Shown here piece by piece: positions 30,158-41,389 of a stretch of 64,000 bases of DNA; within the stretch, counting starts at the first letter, position 1; each line of letters begins with the position of its first letter. The DNA is taken from sequence record NZ_CP041325.1; one strand, 5' to 3'. A program made the position numbers and the translations under genes. This DNA is from a plasmid. The notes under the pieces are model-generated. The model saw only the letters and a list, made by a program, of their open reading frames with translations. It searched no databases and was not told the origin of the DNA.

Positions 30158-31630
30158 CTATTCGGATTCAATTACAAATTCAATTGTCTCCCGGTCGGAA
30201 ATCGTCGGAAGTTGATAGGATTGCTGGTAGTTTTCATGGCCTTTGCCGGTGATTACAACCCAATCGCCCGTCTTGCTTTCGTTGATTGCTTTTTGAATGG
30301 CGACTGTCCGATCCGGAATTATGCTTCCCTTTTCATTACCGTAAGTCTCATTTAGTCGTTTTAAGTCGTCCACCATCTCGATTTGCGACACCGTGTTCAG
30401 GTCATCCAATGTCAAATGTACCGGTCACTCCATTCTGCGCTTATCGACAGCATGGCGCTTCGCTTGCTAGGGTCCCGGTCCCCACGAAAGCCAAAAACAT
30501 GGATAATCCGTTTGGCGCCCTGTAATTTTACGGTTTCCAAGCAGTAAGAAACGGCATCCGGTGTATGGGCATAGTCCACCACGACGGTTGAGCCATTGGT
30601 TAGTTTGGAAACTTCAAAACGTCCTTCGACCCCCCTTGAAATGTGGAACGGAATCCAAAAGCTTTTCTTTGGGAATCCCCAGAAGCCGTGAAGTTCCATA
30701 CGCCATCAAGGTGTTGTACATATTGTGCATGCCGTTCATCGCTGAGTCCATTTGGTACGTTTCGTTCCTTTCCTCCACCAGCATCGTGGAGGTCGTTGGG
30801 GTAAAGTAGACAACGCGCAGATCGCAGTCAGAGGACCTGCCAATCGCATACACCGATTTCCCTTCCCTTTGCAGGGTTTCCGTAAGCTTTCGCCCCCACA
30901 CATTATCCGCATTCACCACAGCGGTTCCGTTCGCTTTCAACTGATGGAACATCAAAAGCTTCGTCTGGAAGTACTCCGCCATGGAGCCGTGGTAATCCAG
31001 GTGCTCCGGATGAAGATTGGTAAACAAGCTGTAATCAAATGTAATACCTGCCAAACGGTGTTGGGCCAATCCGTGAGAAGAGACCTCCATGATGATGACC
31101 TCATCGCGGCTGAGGGATAATAGCTTGTGCAAAGCCAGCGAACTGGGCGTGGTGTTGGCGCTTTTCGTCTTCTGACCATTGATCACATTTTGGATGGTCC
31201 CGATGACAGCACAAGTCATCCCGTTGTTTTCTAGAAAATGCTGCAGCATGTAACTTGTGGTCGTTTTCCCATTGGTTCCTGTTATGCCAATCATTACTTT
31301 CTCTTTGGACGGATGCCCATAGAAATTCCTCGCCATTATGCCAAGGGCTTTGCGGCTATTCTCCACTTGAAGATAAGGGATGGATAGGCCGGTGATTTCC
31401 TGTTCTCCCACGACCACTAAAGTGCCTTTTTCAATTGCTTGTTCAATATACTGATGGCCATCACTTTTAAAGCCTGCAATGGCGACAAAGACGAATCCTG
31501 CCTCGACATCTCTGGAATTATCGGCAATGCCTTGGATATCTAACTCTAACGTGCGGGAATTCAACCGATTAATCAAATCAATTTCCTGCAAAAGTTGCCT
31601 TATTTTCATTGATTGGGTAACCTCTCTCAA
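30158..31630 (-). CDS. Mur-ligase family protein, MurE-like (UDP-MurNAc-tripeptide synthetase paralog), three ORF pieces
   Basis: The N-terminal domain reads ...DSRDVEAGFVFVAIAGFKSDGHQYIEQAIEKGTLVVV and the P-loop reads IGITGTNGKTTTSYML. The C-terminal pieces (..VVVDYAHTPDAV.., ..VVITGKGHE..) are in other frames. Confidence 0.65.
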
Positions 31631-31880
31631 ACAATTTAAATTCGATTTATTCTATAAGATGGATGTTGAGAAAGTGTGCAGAATTCAAACCAAGCACTCT
31701 CATAAGAAAAACTTAATTTTCTTGTAACACAAATGAAGTCTATCGTTTTCTAGAGGGAACAGTAGCACGGTTTGTTCATTCCAATAAAAACCCGAAATCT
31801 TATTGACAAGATTTCGGGTTATACCGTTACTATTGGGGACATTTTGGTCTTCCTCTTCCATGTTGATTTTTTTAAAAAAA

Positions 31881-32333
31881 TTATTCCTCGTTCTCCAGCT
31901 CTTCAATCAAACTTTTCATTTTCGCAATTTCTTCGCGCTGCGTCTTGATGATTGTATCAGCCAGCTCTCTTGCTCGTGGGTCTGAAATGTTGGCTCGTTC
32001 ACTTGTCAGGATGGCGATGGAATGATGAGGGATCATTGCTTTCATCCATCCGGTATCCTCTATTAATATTTGGCTGCGGACGAGCCAAAGTGAAAGCGCA
32101 AATACTACCGCACTGCCAGCTAAAATCAACGAATTCACTTTTTTATTCTTGTACATTGGCCACATGAATAACAGCATGACAATGGCCATGACAGAGCCCA
32201 TAATCAGCGCCATATAGATTCTTGTTTCACTGAGTGTAATATGTTCGAATTGAAAAACGTTTAAGAACATCAACCAATACATCAAAAAGGTCGAAGTGAC
32301 AATCATGATTCCAAACTTAACGTAACTGTTCAT
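31881..32333 (-). CDS. DUF305-family protein (copper-resistance associated)
   Basis: 150-aa ORF with two N-terminal TM helices and ...MIPHHSIAILTSE...DPRARELADTIIKTQREEIAKM, characteristic of DUF305. Confidence 0.55.
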   Translation of the reverse strand: MNSYVKFGIMIVTSTFLMYWLMFLNVFQFEHITLSETRIYMALIMGSVMAIVMLLFMWPMYKNKKVNSLILAGSAVVFALSLWLVRSQILIEDTGWMKAMIPHHSIAILTSERANISDPRARELADTIIKTQREEIAKMKSLIEELENEE

Positions 32334-32622
32334 AAAATCCTCTCCTTATAGTAAAAGATTGATTTTTACAAGAATGCCTGAACGGGATCGATGCCTTTCT
32401 TATCTGTTTACCATTTAAATTCCCATATAAACTCCATAGAAAATGCATAATTTACTGTAGAAGAAAGAATTACAACGAATTTTATCGTCACTCCATGCAA
32501 TTTTCGTCTGAAATATAAAGAAGCCGGCCAATCACCCTCAGATTAGCCGGCATCCTGCATATTTTCTGGTTTTGCATGATCGTCAGCACTTGGGAATCGG
32601 AGAAGCTACAGCTTAAGCTGGG

Positions 32623-33210
32623 TTATTTGGCTGATAATTCAGCTTCAGTTACCCATTTATGATTGGTGACCGGTTCGCCGCCAGTCGTCGGCGTGAAATC
32701 AACCATGTAGACAGTTGTTTCCTCGGCAGTATCAATCGTAGCTGTGGCACCGTCCATTCCTTCCATGTGATCGGCAGCGATTGTTGCTTCATCACCTGGT
32801 TTCAACGGTTGGTCTCCTGGATTTTCAAGTTCTTCGTGGATGACCCATTTGTGGTTTTCCACCGGTTCGCCGCCATTGGTCGGAGTGTAAGTGACGGCAT
32901 AAACAGTCGTATCGTAAGCTCCAACAATCGTAGCTTCCGCGCCTTTCATCCCTTCCATATGATCCGTTTCAATGATGGCTTGGCTTCCTACCTCATAGGT
33001 TGGACTTTCCGCTTCCTGTAAATCTGCTGGTACTTCTCCTGAACCGGAATGGTCCATATTCATATGCCCCGAATCCTCGCTCATGTTTTCTTCGGTTGCA
33101 TTATTCATATCCATTGATTCTTCACTCGTCTCGCTATCTGTATTGCAGGCGCTTAACGTGACGGCGACTACAAGTGACAGTATCCCCATCATCCATTTGT
33201 TTTTCGGCAT
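32623..33210 (-). CDS. YdhK-like lipoprotein with two tandem DUF1541 domains
   Basis: Lipobox LSAC. There are two repeats of the ...DHMEGM.GA.ATI....TTVY.V.YTPT.GGEPV.NHKWV..E.L... module. Confidence 0.6.
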   Translation of the reverse strand: MPKNKWMMGILSLVVAVTLSACNTDSETSEESMDMNNATEENMSEDSGHMNMDHSGSGEVPADLQEAESPTYEVGSQAIIETDHMEGMKGAEATIVGAYDTTVYAVTYTPTNGGEPVENHKWVIHEELENPGDQPLKPGDEATIAADHMEGMDGATATIDTAEETTVYMVDFTPTTGGEPVTNHKWVTEAELSAK

Positions 33211-33450
33211 TGCGATCTCCTTCTTTCTACATTTGTCTTTAGATACTTTACCCCTTAACTTTGCATATTGTGTGCAGGAACCATGACATTTTCTTGTGCA
33301 AATGGTCTGGGCAGTGGATTATGGCAAGTTCGTGAACCACTAAGGGAAGTTCTCTATTCTATAGAAGAAACTGCACAAAAATCGAAACTTATTTAGTAAA
33401 CTGGTGGAGAAGAACATTTTCTAGAAAGAAAGAGCTGGAGGAATAGAGAA

Positions 33451-34348
33451 ATGAAGATGAAAAGAAAAGCGATCGGTGCACTGTTGGCGGTAATTATGTT
33501 GGCCGGCTGCAGCGGAGAGGATACGGGCTCTTTGAGGCCCCGTACGATGGAGAAATGAATCATGTCCATGGAATGGGCTATGCGGGAAATGACAAAGGCT
33601 TGTATTTTGCGTCACACATTGGATTGAAAATCTACCGGGACGGTGAGTGGTTCGAAACAACGGATAATTTCCATGATTACATGGGGTTCAATGCGACAGA
33701 TGACGGTTTTATTACGTCTGGCCACCCGAGCGCAGATTCTGAGTTACCCAATCCGCTTGGAATTCAGCGCAGTGTGGACGGTGGAGAAACCCTTGAAGAA
33801 ATTGCGTTCCAGGGAGAGACGGATTTTCATGCCATGGCTGTCGGTTACAATAGCCATGACCTCTTTTTGATTAATCCGGCTCCCAATTCCTTGCTGGAAG
33901 CAGGCGTTTATAGAAGCACGAAAAAGGGGAGTCGTGGCAACCTGTAAAAGCTGAAGGACTGGAAGGCGAAGTGACAGGACTGGCTCTTCACCCGACAGAT
34001 TCAGCTTTTGTGGCGGCGGCTACTTCGACAGGCATTTATTTCTCGGAAGATGCAGGAGAATCGTTCCAAGCCCTTACGGCTGAAGGAGAAAGAGGGACCG
34101 CGGTGCATTTCACCGAGCAAGGGCTGTACTTCGGGAGCTTCGGGACAGCGGCGGCTTTGATGCAGTATACTGGTGAAAATGAGGCGTTGAAAAGACTGAA
34201 CATACCGGCTCTTCCGGAAGACGGCATCGCTTTTATCGCCGTAAATCCGGCGAATGACCAGGAACTGGCTTTTTTACACGCTGCGGGGCGATGCCTACTT
34301 CTCTGAAGACGGTACCCAAAGTTGGAAACCGCTGCTGCAAAACAGCAA
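33451..34348 (+). CDS. lipoprotein with beta-propeller-like (BNR/Ycf48-like) repeats, fragmented into about three frames
   Basis: Signal and lipobox MKMKRKAIGALLAVIMLAGCSG at 33451. The pieces 33555..33947 and 33971..34306 carry repeated ...GLYF...DGG.S... units. The family call is tentative. Confidence 0.35.
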
Positions 34349-34462
34349 AACCCAATAAAATACGTAAACTGGAAAGGGAAATATGTGAATTGAAACTAAT
34401 GACTCACAGGAAGGGACAGCATGCCCCTGAACCTGATGCGTTGAGGCTGGAAGAGGGTTGCC

Positions 34463-35871
34463 ATGTTCAATAAACTTGCTTTGAAAATCGGATTGCTGTT
34501 TTTTGTCTTTATCATCCTCATCGAGTCGGTGTTGTTTTTGATCTTGTATGTCAACTACGTAGAGGAACGGGTGGAAGAAGTCATGTCCAATCTATTGGCC
34601 CGGGGGAACACGCACAGCGAAGTGCTGGAAGACAGCTTTGAATCCAGCACGTTGAACCATGTAGCCATGATGGAATTGGCTTCCGATTTCATTGTCATCA
34701 TCACGGATGCGGAAGGGAATGAGCTGACCCATTCCGATACGATTGAACCCGAAATGAGGGATGTGCTGCAGCACACTGATTTTGGCCAAGTTCCGCAAAA
34801 AGGAGAAATCGTGGAGGATCGGTGGGATGAAAAACGGTTTATTGCGACCGACAGTCCCATTACGGTAGCAGGTGAACACCGAGGGCATGTATTTATGTTT
34901 GCTGAAACCAACCACATCAAAGGGATAGTCGAACACCTTCGGAATCAATTTTTGTTCGTTGGATTGATTGCGTTCGGCCTTACCATTGCTGCAATTTTTA
35001 TCTTGTCGCGCTTGATCACGCTTCCACTGATCCGGATGAAAGAAGCCACAGAGCAATTGAGCGAAGGCAATAATGAAGTCAGCCTTCATCTCGACCGGAA
35101 TGACGAACTGGGGAGCTGGCGAACGCCATTAACACCTTATCGACGGATCTGAATCGCTTAAAGCAGGCACGGAACGAATTCCTGGCCAGCATTTCGCATG
35201 AATTGCGAACGCCACTGACCTACATCAAGGGCTACGCTGACATAGCCGGACGTCCGGATACGTCTGATGATGAACGGCGGGAGTACATTGATATCATCCG
35301 GGAGGAAACGACCCATTTGACGGAATTGATTCGGCAATTATTCGAATTAGCCCAGCTTGATCACAACCAGTTTTCCATCCGGAAAGAGCAGGTTTCAATC
35401 AATCGGCTGTTTCGTTCGGTTGCCGGTTTGGTCCGTCCCGCGTTCGATGAGAAACACATTTTCTTGGTCGTCCAGTGTCCTCCGGATATGACGGCATTCA
35501 TCGATCCGGAACGCTTTCAGCAGGTGCTGTTGAATGTACTCGACAATGCCCGGAAATACTCGCCGGAAGGGACGGTGGTGACGCTTCTCGCTGTGCAAGA
35601 GGAGGATACGGTAGTGATTAGTGTCAGCGATGAAGGGGAAGGCATTCCAGAAGCTGATCTTCCCTTTGTCTTTGACCGGCTGTACCGCGTCGACAAATCT
35701 CGGTCTCGGCAGCACGGCGGCAGCGGTCTCGGTCTTGCCATCGCCAAAGAAATCGTTGAGTCGCACAGCGGCCAAATTTCGATTCAAAGTAAACAAAGCA
35801 AAGGGACGACGGTCCGTATTGAATTGACAAGGGGGGATTCGTTTGCAGAAAGTGCTGTTGGTGGACGATGA
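34463..35871 (+). CDS. two-component sensor histidine kinase (frameshift near 35120-35200)
   Basis: N-terminal TM and sensor part 34463..35152. The second piece has the H-box ...FLASISHELRTPLTYIKGY and the ATPase G-boxes ...VSDEGEGIPEADLPFVFDRLYRVDKSRSRQHGGSGLGLAIAKEIVE. Confidence 0.7.
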
Positions 35872-36511
35872 AAAACGGATGCTGGATTTGGTGGCATTGT
35901 ATTTAAAGCCCCACCACTATCTTTGTACAAAAGCGCTGGGACCTTTTGAAGCTTTACGCTATTTGGACAAAGAAACCTATGACTTGATACTCCTCGATGT
36001 CATGATGCCAGAAATGGACGGCTGGGAGCTATGCCGGGAAATCCGGAAAGTCTCGGATGTGCCGATCATTATGCTGACGGCTCGTGAGCAACAGGAGGAC
36101 ATTATTAAGGGGCTGAAACTGGGGGCGGATGATTACGTCACGAAGCCGTTCAATGAAGGGGAACTGCTGGCTCGGATGGAAGCGTTGCTGCGCAGAAGAG
36201 CGCCTAAAAAAAGCATTGAAGTAAAGGGCCTCTTCTGGGATGAAGACCGGTTCGAACTCAGCTATCAAAACCAATCCATCAAGCTGACACCGAAAGAGTT
36301 CCTGATGCTGGGGCAGCTGTTGAAAAATCCGGACAAAGTGTTCAGCAGGGACCAGCTGATCCAATTGGTTTGGGGATTCGATTCGGAAACGGAAGGACGG
36401 ACCATCGATTCGCACGTACGGAATGTTCGGGAAAAGATTCGGCAGGTCGGATTCCCCATCGATGACCATTTCCTGACTGTTTGGGGGGATTGGCTACAAA
36501 TGGGTGAATGA
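35843..36511 (+). CDS. OmpR-family response regulator
   Basis: Intact 222-aa ORF with receiver motifs (LLVDDE...LILLDVMMPEMDG) and a winged-helix C-terminus. It overlaps the kinase stop. Confidence 0.8.
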   Translation: MQKVLLVDDEKRMLDLVALYLKPHHYLCTKALGPFEALRYLDKETYDLILLDVMMPEMDGWELCREIRKVSDVPIIMLTAREQQEDIIKGLKLGADDYVTKPFNEGELLARMEALLRRRAPKKSIEVKGLFWDEDRFELSYQNQSIKLTPKEFLMLGQLLKNPDKVFSRDQLIQLVWGFDSETEGRTIDSHVRNVREKIRQVGFPIDDHFLTVWGDWLQMGE

Positions 36512-36578
36512 GACAGAATAACGCTCAAAGAAAGAACTCCCCACCGGAAATACATTTTCCGGCGGGGAGTTCATGTAA

Positions 36579-36912
36579 TTAGGCGATGTTCCGGCAAGCT
36601 TCTGCGCATCTGTGGCAAGCTTCCGCACAGCGTTTACAGTGTTCATGCATGTCTGCATGTTTGTCGCATTCATTGCCGCATGCTTCACAGATTTTCGCGC
36701 AAACAGCTGCCAGTTCAGCTACAAACGGCGAATTGCGGGTGATTGCGTGTTCCAAAATGCGCATATGTCTGCGCACTCCCGGTCGAGTCGGATGCAGTCA
36801 GCCAGCATTTTTACGTTATCTTCCTGCAGGCAAGCGTCAAAACAGTGATTGCATTCCGCTGCGCAATCGTGCAAAGCCTGAATCAATTCCTGATGCTGTT
36901 CATGTGCCATGT
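36579..36912 (-). CDS. DUF326 Cys-rich four-helix-bundle copper-binding protein (YhjQ/Csp3-like), one frameshift
   Basis: Start ATG 36910-36912 with GGAGG RBS: MAHEQHQELIQALHDCAAECNHCFDACLQE.... The C-terminal half in ORF 36579..36776 has repeated CxxxC motifs (...CAKICEACGNECDKHADMHEHCKRCAEACHRCAEAC). Confidence 0.55.
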
Positions 36913-37130
36913 GTAAAACCTCCATTTTTAGTTTTGTCTCTTGTCTACTTCTTCCCTTTGGACTCGCCACTAAACGGAATTTCTTAAACTCCATAGAAAC
37001 TGCACAATTTGATGCGTTTCCTCTATGAAACTGAATTTTCTCCATAATTTCTCGATAGTTTCTTTCTATAATCAACAGAAGAAGATTGGATTTTTCGAAA
37101 CCGAAAAATTGATGGAAGAGGTGAACCGCA

Positions 37131-39218
37131 ATGGCGAAACAGGAAGAGCATCATCATCATGAACCGGCACATTCCAAGGACTACCCAAATCCTTCGGACA
37201 GGAAGCTTCAAGATGAATCCACCATCCAGCCGAAACAGACACATCCGAAACATGGGAGCCACGGGCACCAGGGGCATTCCGGACATGGCGATATGGTGGC
37301 GGATTTCAAAAACGGTTCTTTATTTCTTTGATACTCACCATCCCGATTTTAGCGTTATCGCCAATGATTCAGCACTTTATGGGCGTTAATTGGCGTTTCA
37401 ACAACGATCTTTATATCTTATTCGCATTATCCTCCATCGTCTTTTTCTACGGAGGCTGGCCATTCTTAACCGGCGGAATCCAGGAACTCAAAGAGAAGAA
37501 TCCGGGCATGATGACCTTGATTGCGTTGGCCATCACCATCGCTTATGGATACAGCACCGTAGTGGTCTTCGGATGGGACGGCAACCAGCTGTTCTGGGAG
37601 CTGGCGACGCTGGTGGTCATTATGCTGCTCGGGCACTGGGTTGAGATGCGTTCCATAATGGGGGCCTCCAATGCGTTGGAACAGTTGGTGAAGCTGATGC
37701 CGAGCGAAGCGCACAAGCTCGATGAACACAATCAGGTTCAAGACATCCCGTTAGCTGATATCCAAAACAATGATCGGGTGCTGGTCAAGCCGGGCGAGAA
37801 GATCCCAGTGGATGGGTTGATATTGGAAGGCAAATCGACAATCGACGAATCGATGCTGACTGGGGAATCGGTTCCGATTGATAAAGGAACAGGGGACAGT
37901 GTCATTGGTGGTTCGGTAAACAAGGAAGGCTCGCTCATCATCCAAGTGGAAAAACGGGGAGGCTTCCTATCTATCGCAAGTCATCAAGATGGTCAAGGAA
38001 GCACAGGAATCCAAATCCCGGACACAGGATCTGACAAACCGGGCAGCCAAATGGCTCTTTTATTTGGCGCTGGCAGTAGGGTTTATCACCCTATTCGCGT
38101 GGCTGGCGTTCGGTTATGCGTTTGATGTCGCGATTGAACGCATGGTGACGGTAATGGTCATCGCATGTCCGCATGCGTTGGGCTTGGCGGCACCGCTGGT
38201 CGTAGCGGTCTCCACATCCATCTCCGCCAAGCAAGGGCTCTTGATCCGGAATCGCGCCGACTTCGAAGGGGCCCGAAACTTGGATGCCGTGGTGTTTGAT
38301 AAAACCGGGACACTGACGCTAGGGAAGTTCGGTGTCACAGATGTTGTGCCGATCGAGAATTATACCGATGAAGGAGTGCTGCAACTGGCTGCGGCCATCG
38401 AACAGAATTCCGAGCATCCGATCGCCGCCGGTATCGTAAATTCGACCAAAGAAAAAGGGCTAACCATCGGAAAAGTAAGCGATTTTGAATCGATACCCGG
38501 TAAAGGGATTCAAGGAAATGTGAATGGCCAGAAAGTGAATGTGGTCAGCCCAGGCTATATGGACAGTCATGAACTTCGCTACAATCAGGAACGATTTGAA
38601 CAGTTATCCGAAGAAGGGAAAACAGTCGTCTTTGTACTGGCGGAAGATCAACTAGCTGGAATGATTGCCTTGGCGGATATTGTCCGCGATAGCGCCAAGG
38701 AAGCTGTTGCTGCCTTGAAGGCGAAAGGCATCCATTCAATCATGCTGACGGGCGACAACCGGAAAGTGGCCAATTGGGTAGCGAAACAAGTGGCCATCGA
38801 TGAAGTCTATGCGGAAGTACTGCCGAACGAGAAAGCCCATCAAATTCAGCAAGTCAAAGATAGCGGGCGCAGAGTGGCAATGACGGGAGACGGCGTGAAC
38901 GATGCGCCGGCACTGGCGACAGCTGACCTCGGGATTGCCATCGGCGCAGGGACGGATGTCGCGATGGAGACAGCCGATGTGGTCCTTGTCCGAAGCGATC
39001 CGAACGATGTGGTGTCGCTGATCGACTTGTCGAAAAAGACGTACCGGAAACTGGTGCAAAATCTATGGTGGGCGACCGGCTATAATATTTTTGCGATTCC
39101 ACTCGCTGCCGGCGTCTTGGCTCCTTGGGGCATCGTGATCAGTCCGGCAATCGGCGCGGTCTTCATGAGTCTCAGCACCGTCATTGTTGCCATCAATGCC
39201 AAATTATTAAAAGCATAG
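37131..39218 (+). CDS. P1B-type heavy-metal (copper, CopB-like) translocating P-type ATPase with His-rich N-terminus, three ORF pieces
   Basis: The His-rich N-terminus is MAKQEEHHHHEPAHSKD...HGSHGHQGHSGHGD. The TM and actuator region contains TGESVPIDK. The third piece contains CPH (ACPHALGLA), DKTGTLT, and [10 protein letters not shown]. Confidence 0.75.
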
Positions 39219-39289
39219 AAGGAAGGATTTCTAAAAAGTGAGCTGCATAGATAAGGCACCCAGAGTCTTTTCAACTGGAGGAGAGGGAA

Positions 39290-39622
39290 ATGAAGATTCA
39301 AATCATTTGTGAAGCGTGTAAGGTAATTGACGAATTAACTCCATCTAAGAGAAACGGCGAAGTCGGCATCCACTCAGTCGAAAAGAATTTTCGGATAGGT
39401 GTGAGCTGGAAGAACGAGGTCATCGAGAATTTTCAGGAAGAATTTATTAACGAATTGGGCAAAGCGACAAGCAATAAAGAACGAAGAGAACTCCTGGAGG
39501 ACCAGATTACTGAAAATGCGTTTTCAGAAACCATTGATTTTGAATTGAGCTTCACCTGCAAAGGCTGCGGAAATCGGATTACCTTGAATGACTTTCATTT
39601 GATTGACCTGATTGGATTCTAG
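39290..39622 (+). CDS. hypothetical protein with two CxxC pairs (zinc-ribbon-like)
   Basis: 110-aa ORF with GGAGGAGAGGG RBS and C-x2-C ... C-x2-C. No family recognised. Confidence 0.35.
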   Translation: MKIQIICEACKVIDELTPSKRNGEVGIHSVEKNFRIGVSWKNEVIENFQEEFINELGKATSNKERRELLEDQITENAFSETIDFELSFTCKGCGNRITLNDFHLIDLIGF

Positions 39623-39786
39623 GGGAAAAGCCGTTCTAAAGATCCTTTTACCAGTTAAAGTGTTAAGGAAAAGGAGACGCAGCCGATATAAAGAAAGATA
39701 AAACGAAAATGCTCAAACGAAAATAACGGGAATGCCCATTGCCCGTAAGGTGTGAAAGAGGCGTGTTGAGAAAAGGAAGGTCCTTC

Positions 39787-40835
39787 ATGGTTTTGGATAA
39801 CAAAAGAAAAGAACAAATCAAGAAGAAAGGAGAAGGCGTGGTCAATCGAATCTGACTCTTGTGCTTCTGCTGTTTTGCTGGTTCTATGCCTCGTGCTCGG
39901 CTATTACTTTATAAAGAATGAAAATCAGAAACAAAATAGGGTGGATGTGGCATCTTCTATTGAAACAGACAAGGAGAATGTTTACTTTGAACTTTTGGAA
40001 TCATCAAATGAAACCGCTGATGGACAGGCCGGTGAAGCAGCCAATTCGGAAAGACCTATAGGTCCGCGATTCAGAGATGAATTCCAGCCCACTATGGAAA
40101 GCCTGTTCCAGGATAGAGAACTGATTAGAGCAAACATTGAAAGATATTTTATAGACAGAAGACACCCAAAAGAAATAGATCCGATGCATACAACCGATGG
40201 AAAAGATGTACTGTACATTTATCACTCCCATAGCCGAGAAGCGTTCTTGACGTATTTAAAAACACTGAAAAGCCGGAAGAAGCCTATCACGCGACAGCAA
40301 ACGTCACGTTGATCGGAAAGATGCTGGGAGAAGCGATGGAACGTCGTGGAATCGGGACGCAAGTAGACGCTTCAGACATTGGAGAAGAACTCGATGCCAG
40401 AGGATTGACTTATGGCAGTTCTTATCCGGTATCACGGGAACACGTCCAGGCTGCCCAAAAGAAAACCGCAATCTGGAAGTTTTCTTGGATATCCACCGGG
40501 ATTCTTTGCGAAAAGATTCCACAACAACAGAAATTAAAGGAAATGCGTTTGCGCAATTGCTGTTTGTCGTTGGAACAGGCCACGCAGAGTTTGAAAAGAA
40601 CCTGTCGTTCACAGCCGGTTTACATCAAAAGATCGAAGAGAGATACCCCGGCCTGTCCAAAGGAATATTGGAAAAAGACAGCAGCCAAGGAAACGGGGTT
40701 TATAATCAAGACCTTGCGCCTCAATCGGTGATTATTGAAGTTGGTGGAGTGGACAATACGGCGGAAGAAATCAGCCGGACCATTGAAGCGTTTGCCGAAG
40801 TACTTAGTGATTATTATTGGCACGGTGAAAGATAA
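39787..40835 (+). CDS. spoIIP: stage II sporulation protein P (SpoIIP), at least three frame changes
   Basis: ATG 39787 with AGGAAGG RBS gives MVLDNKRKEQIKKKGEGV..., then the TM segment in the 39875 frame. The pieces ...DVLYIYHSHSREAFL..., ...RGIGTQVDASDIGEELDARGLTYGSSY... and ...MDIHRDSLRKDSTTT...APQSVIIEVGGVDNTAEE... match SpoIIP. Confidence 0.6.
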
Positions 40836-40954
40836 ATCGGATTTTTCAGTTTCTGTATTACAATGCTTTCGGAAAGAAAGGACTGGAGATTGAGCTTTTA
40901 CTCTTCCTTTTGTATGTGTTGAGATTGCCAATAATGTTGACACAGCTACAATTA

Positions 40955-40989
40955 AAACAGGCAGCCCGATTTATTCTGGCTGCCTGTTT
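40955..40989. terminator. perfect 12-bp stem hairpin AAACAGGCAGCC/GGCTGCCTGTTT, likely bidirectional terminator
   Basis: Read from the sequence. The minus-strand side is followed by TTTTAATT, which would terminate the 41039..41389 gene. The plus-strand side terminates spoIIP more weakly. Confidence 0.5.
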
Positions 40990-41038
40990 ACGCTTCTTTC
41001 AAAATCATCATTCAATTGATTGGCAGCAGACACAACTG

Positions 41039-41389
41039 CTAATTTTGACGGCTACATAAAAACAATTTCAGAGCCGCCCAGCTTATCAACAGAAAGCCAC
41101 TTGATAGCGCTGTGACATATCCTATAAACAGTTTGCTTTCTTTATTTTGCAACTGTTTATACTCCTTATAAGTGATTTCTCCTGCAGCATAACGTAAACC
41201 AATCTCATTTGGTTCTATTCCGAAGCGCGCGCCTTCTTTATCTTCTAAAATGACGCGGCTAACTAAGGGGACGTCTTTTCCGTTCGCAAGGTCTTCTAAA
41301 GCCCCATTCTTAAATTCCGTGCTTTTTCCGTTAATGAAATCAAGCCTGATTGGTTTGTAGATAGAATTCTTTCTGATTTTTTCGCTCAT
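41039..41389 (-). CDS. hypothetical protein with C-terminal TM helix
   Basis: ORF probably starting at the internal Met (MSEKIRKNSIYKPIRLDFINGKST...). No family recognised. Confidence 0.3.
   Translation of the reverse strand: MSEKIRKNSIYKPIRLDFINGKSTEFKNGALEDLANGKDVPLVSRVILEDKEGARFGIEPNEIGLRYAAGEITYKEYKQLQNKESKLFIGYVTALSSGFLLISWAALKLFLCSRQN

Noticed and set aside
36586-36987. Plus-strand 133-aa ORF 36586..36987 (Cys- and Ser-rich)
   Set aside because: It is the antisense shadow of the DUF326 Cys-rich gene. Its Cys codons (TGC/TGT) read as Ala/Thr/His-rich nonsense, and it has no start context.
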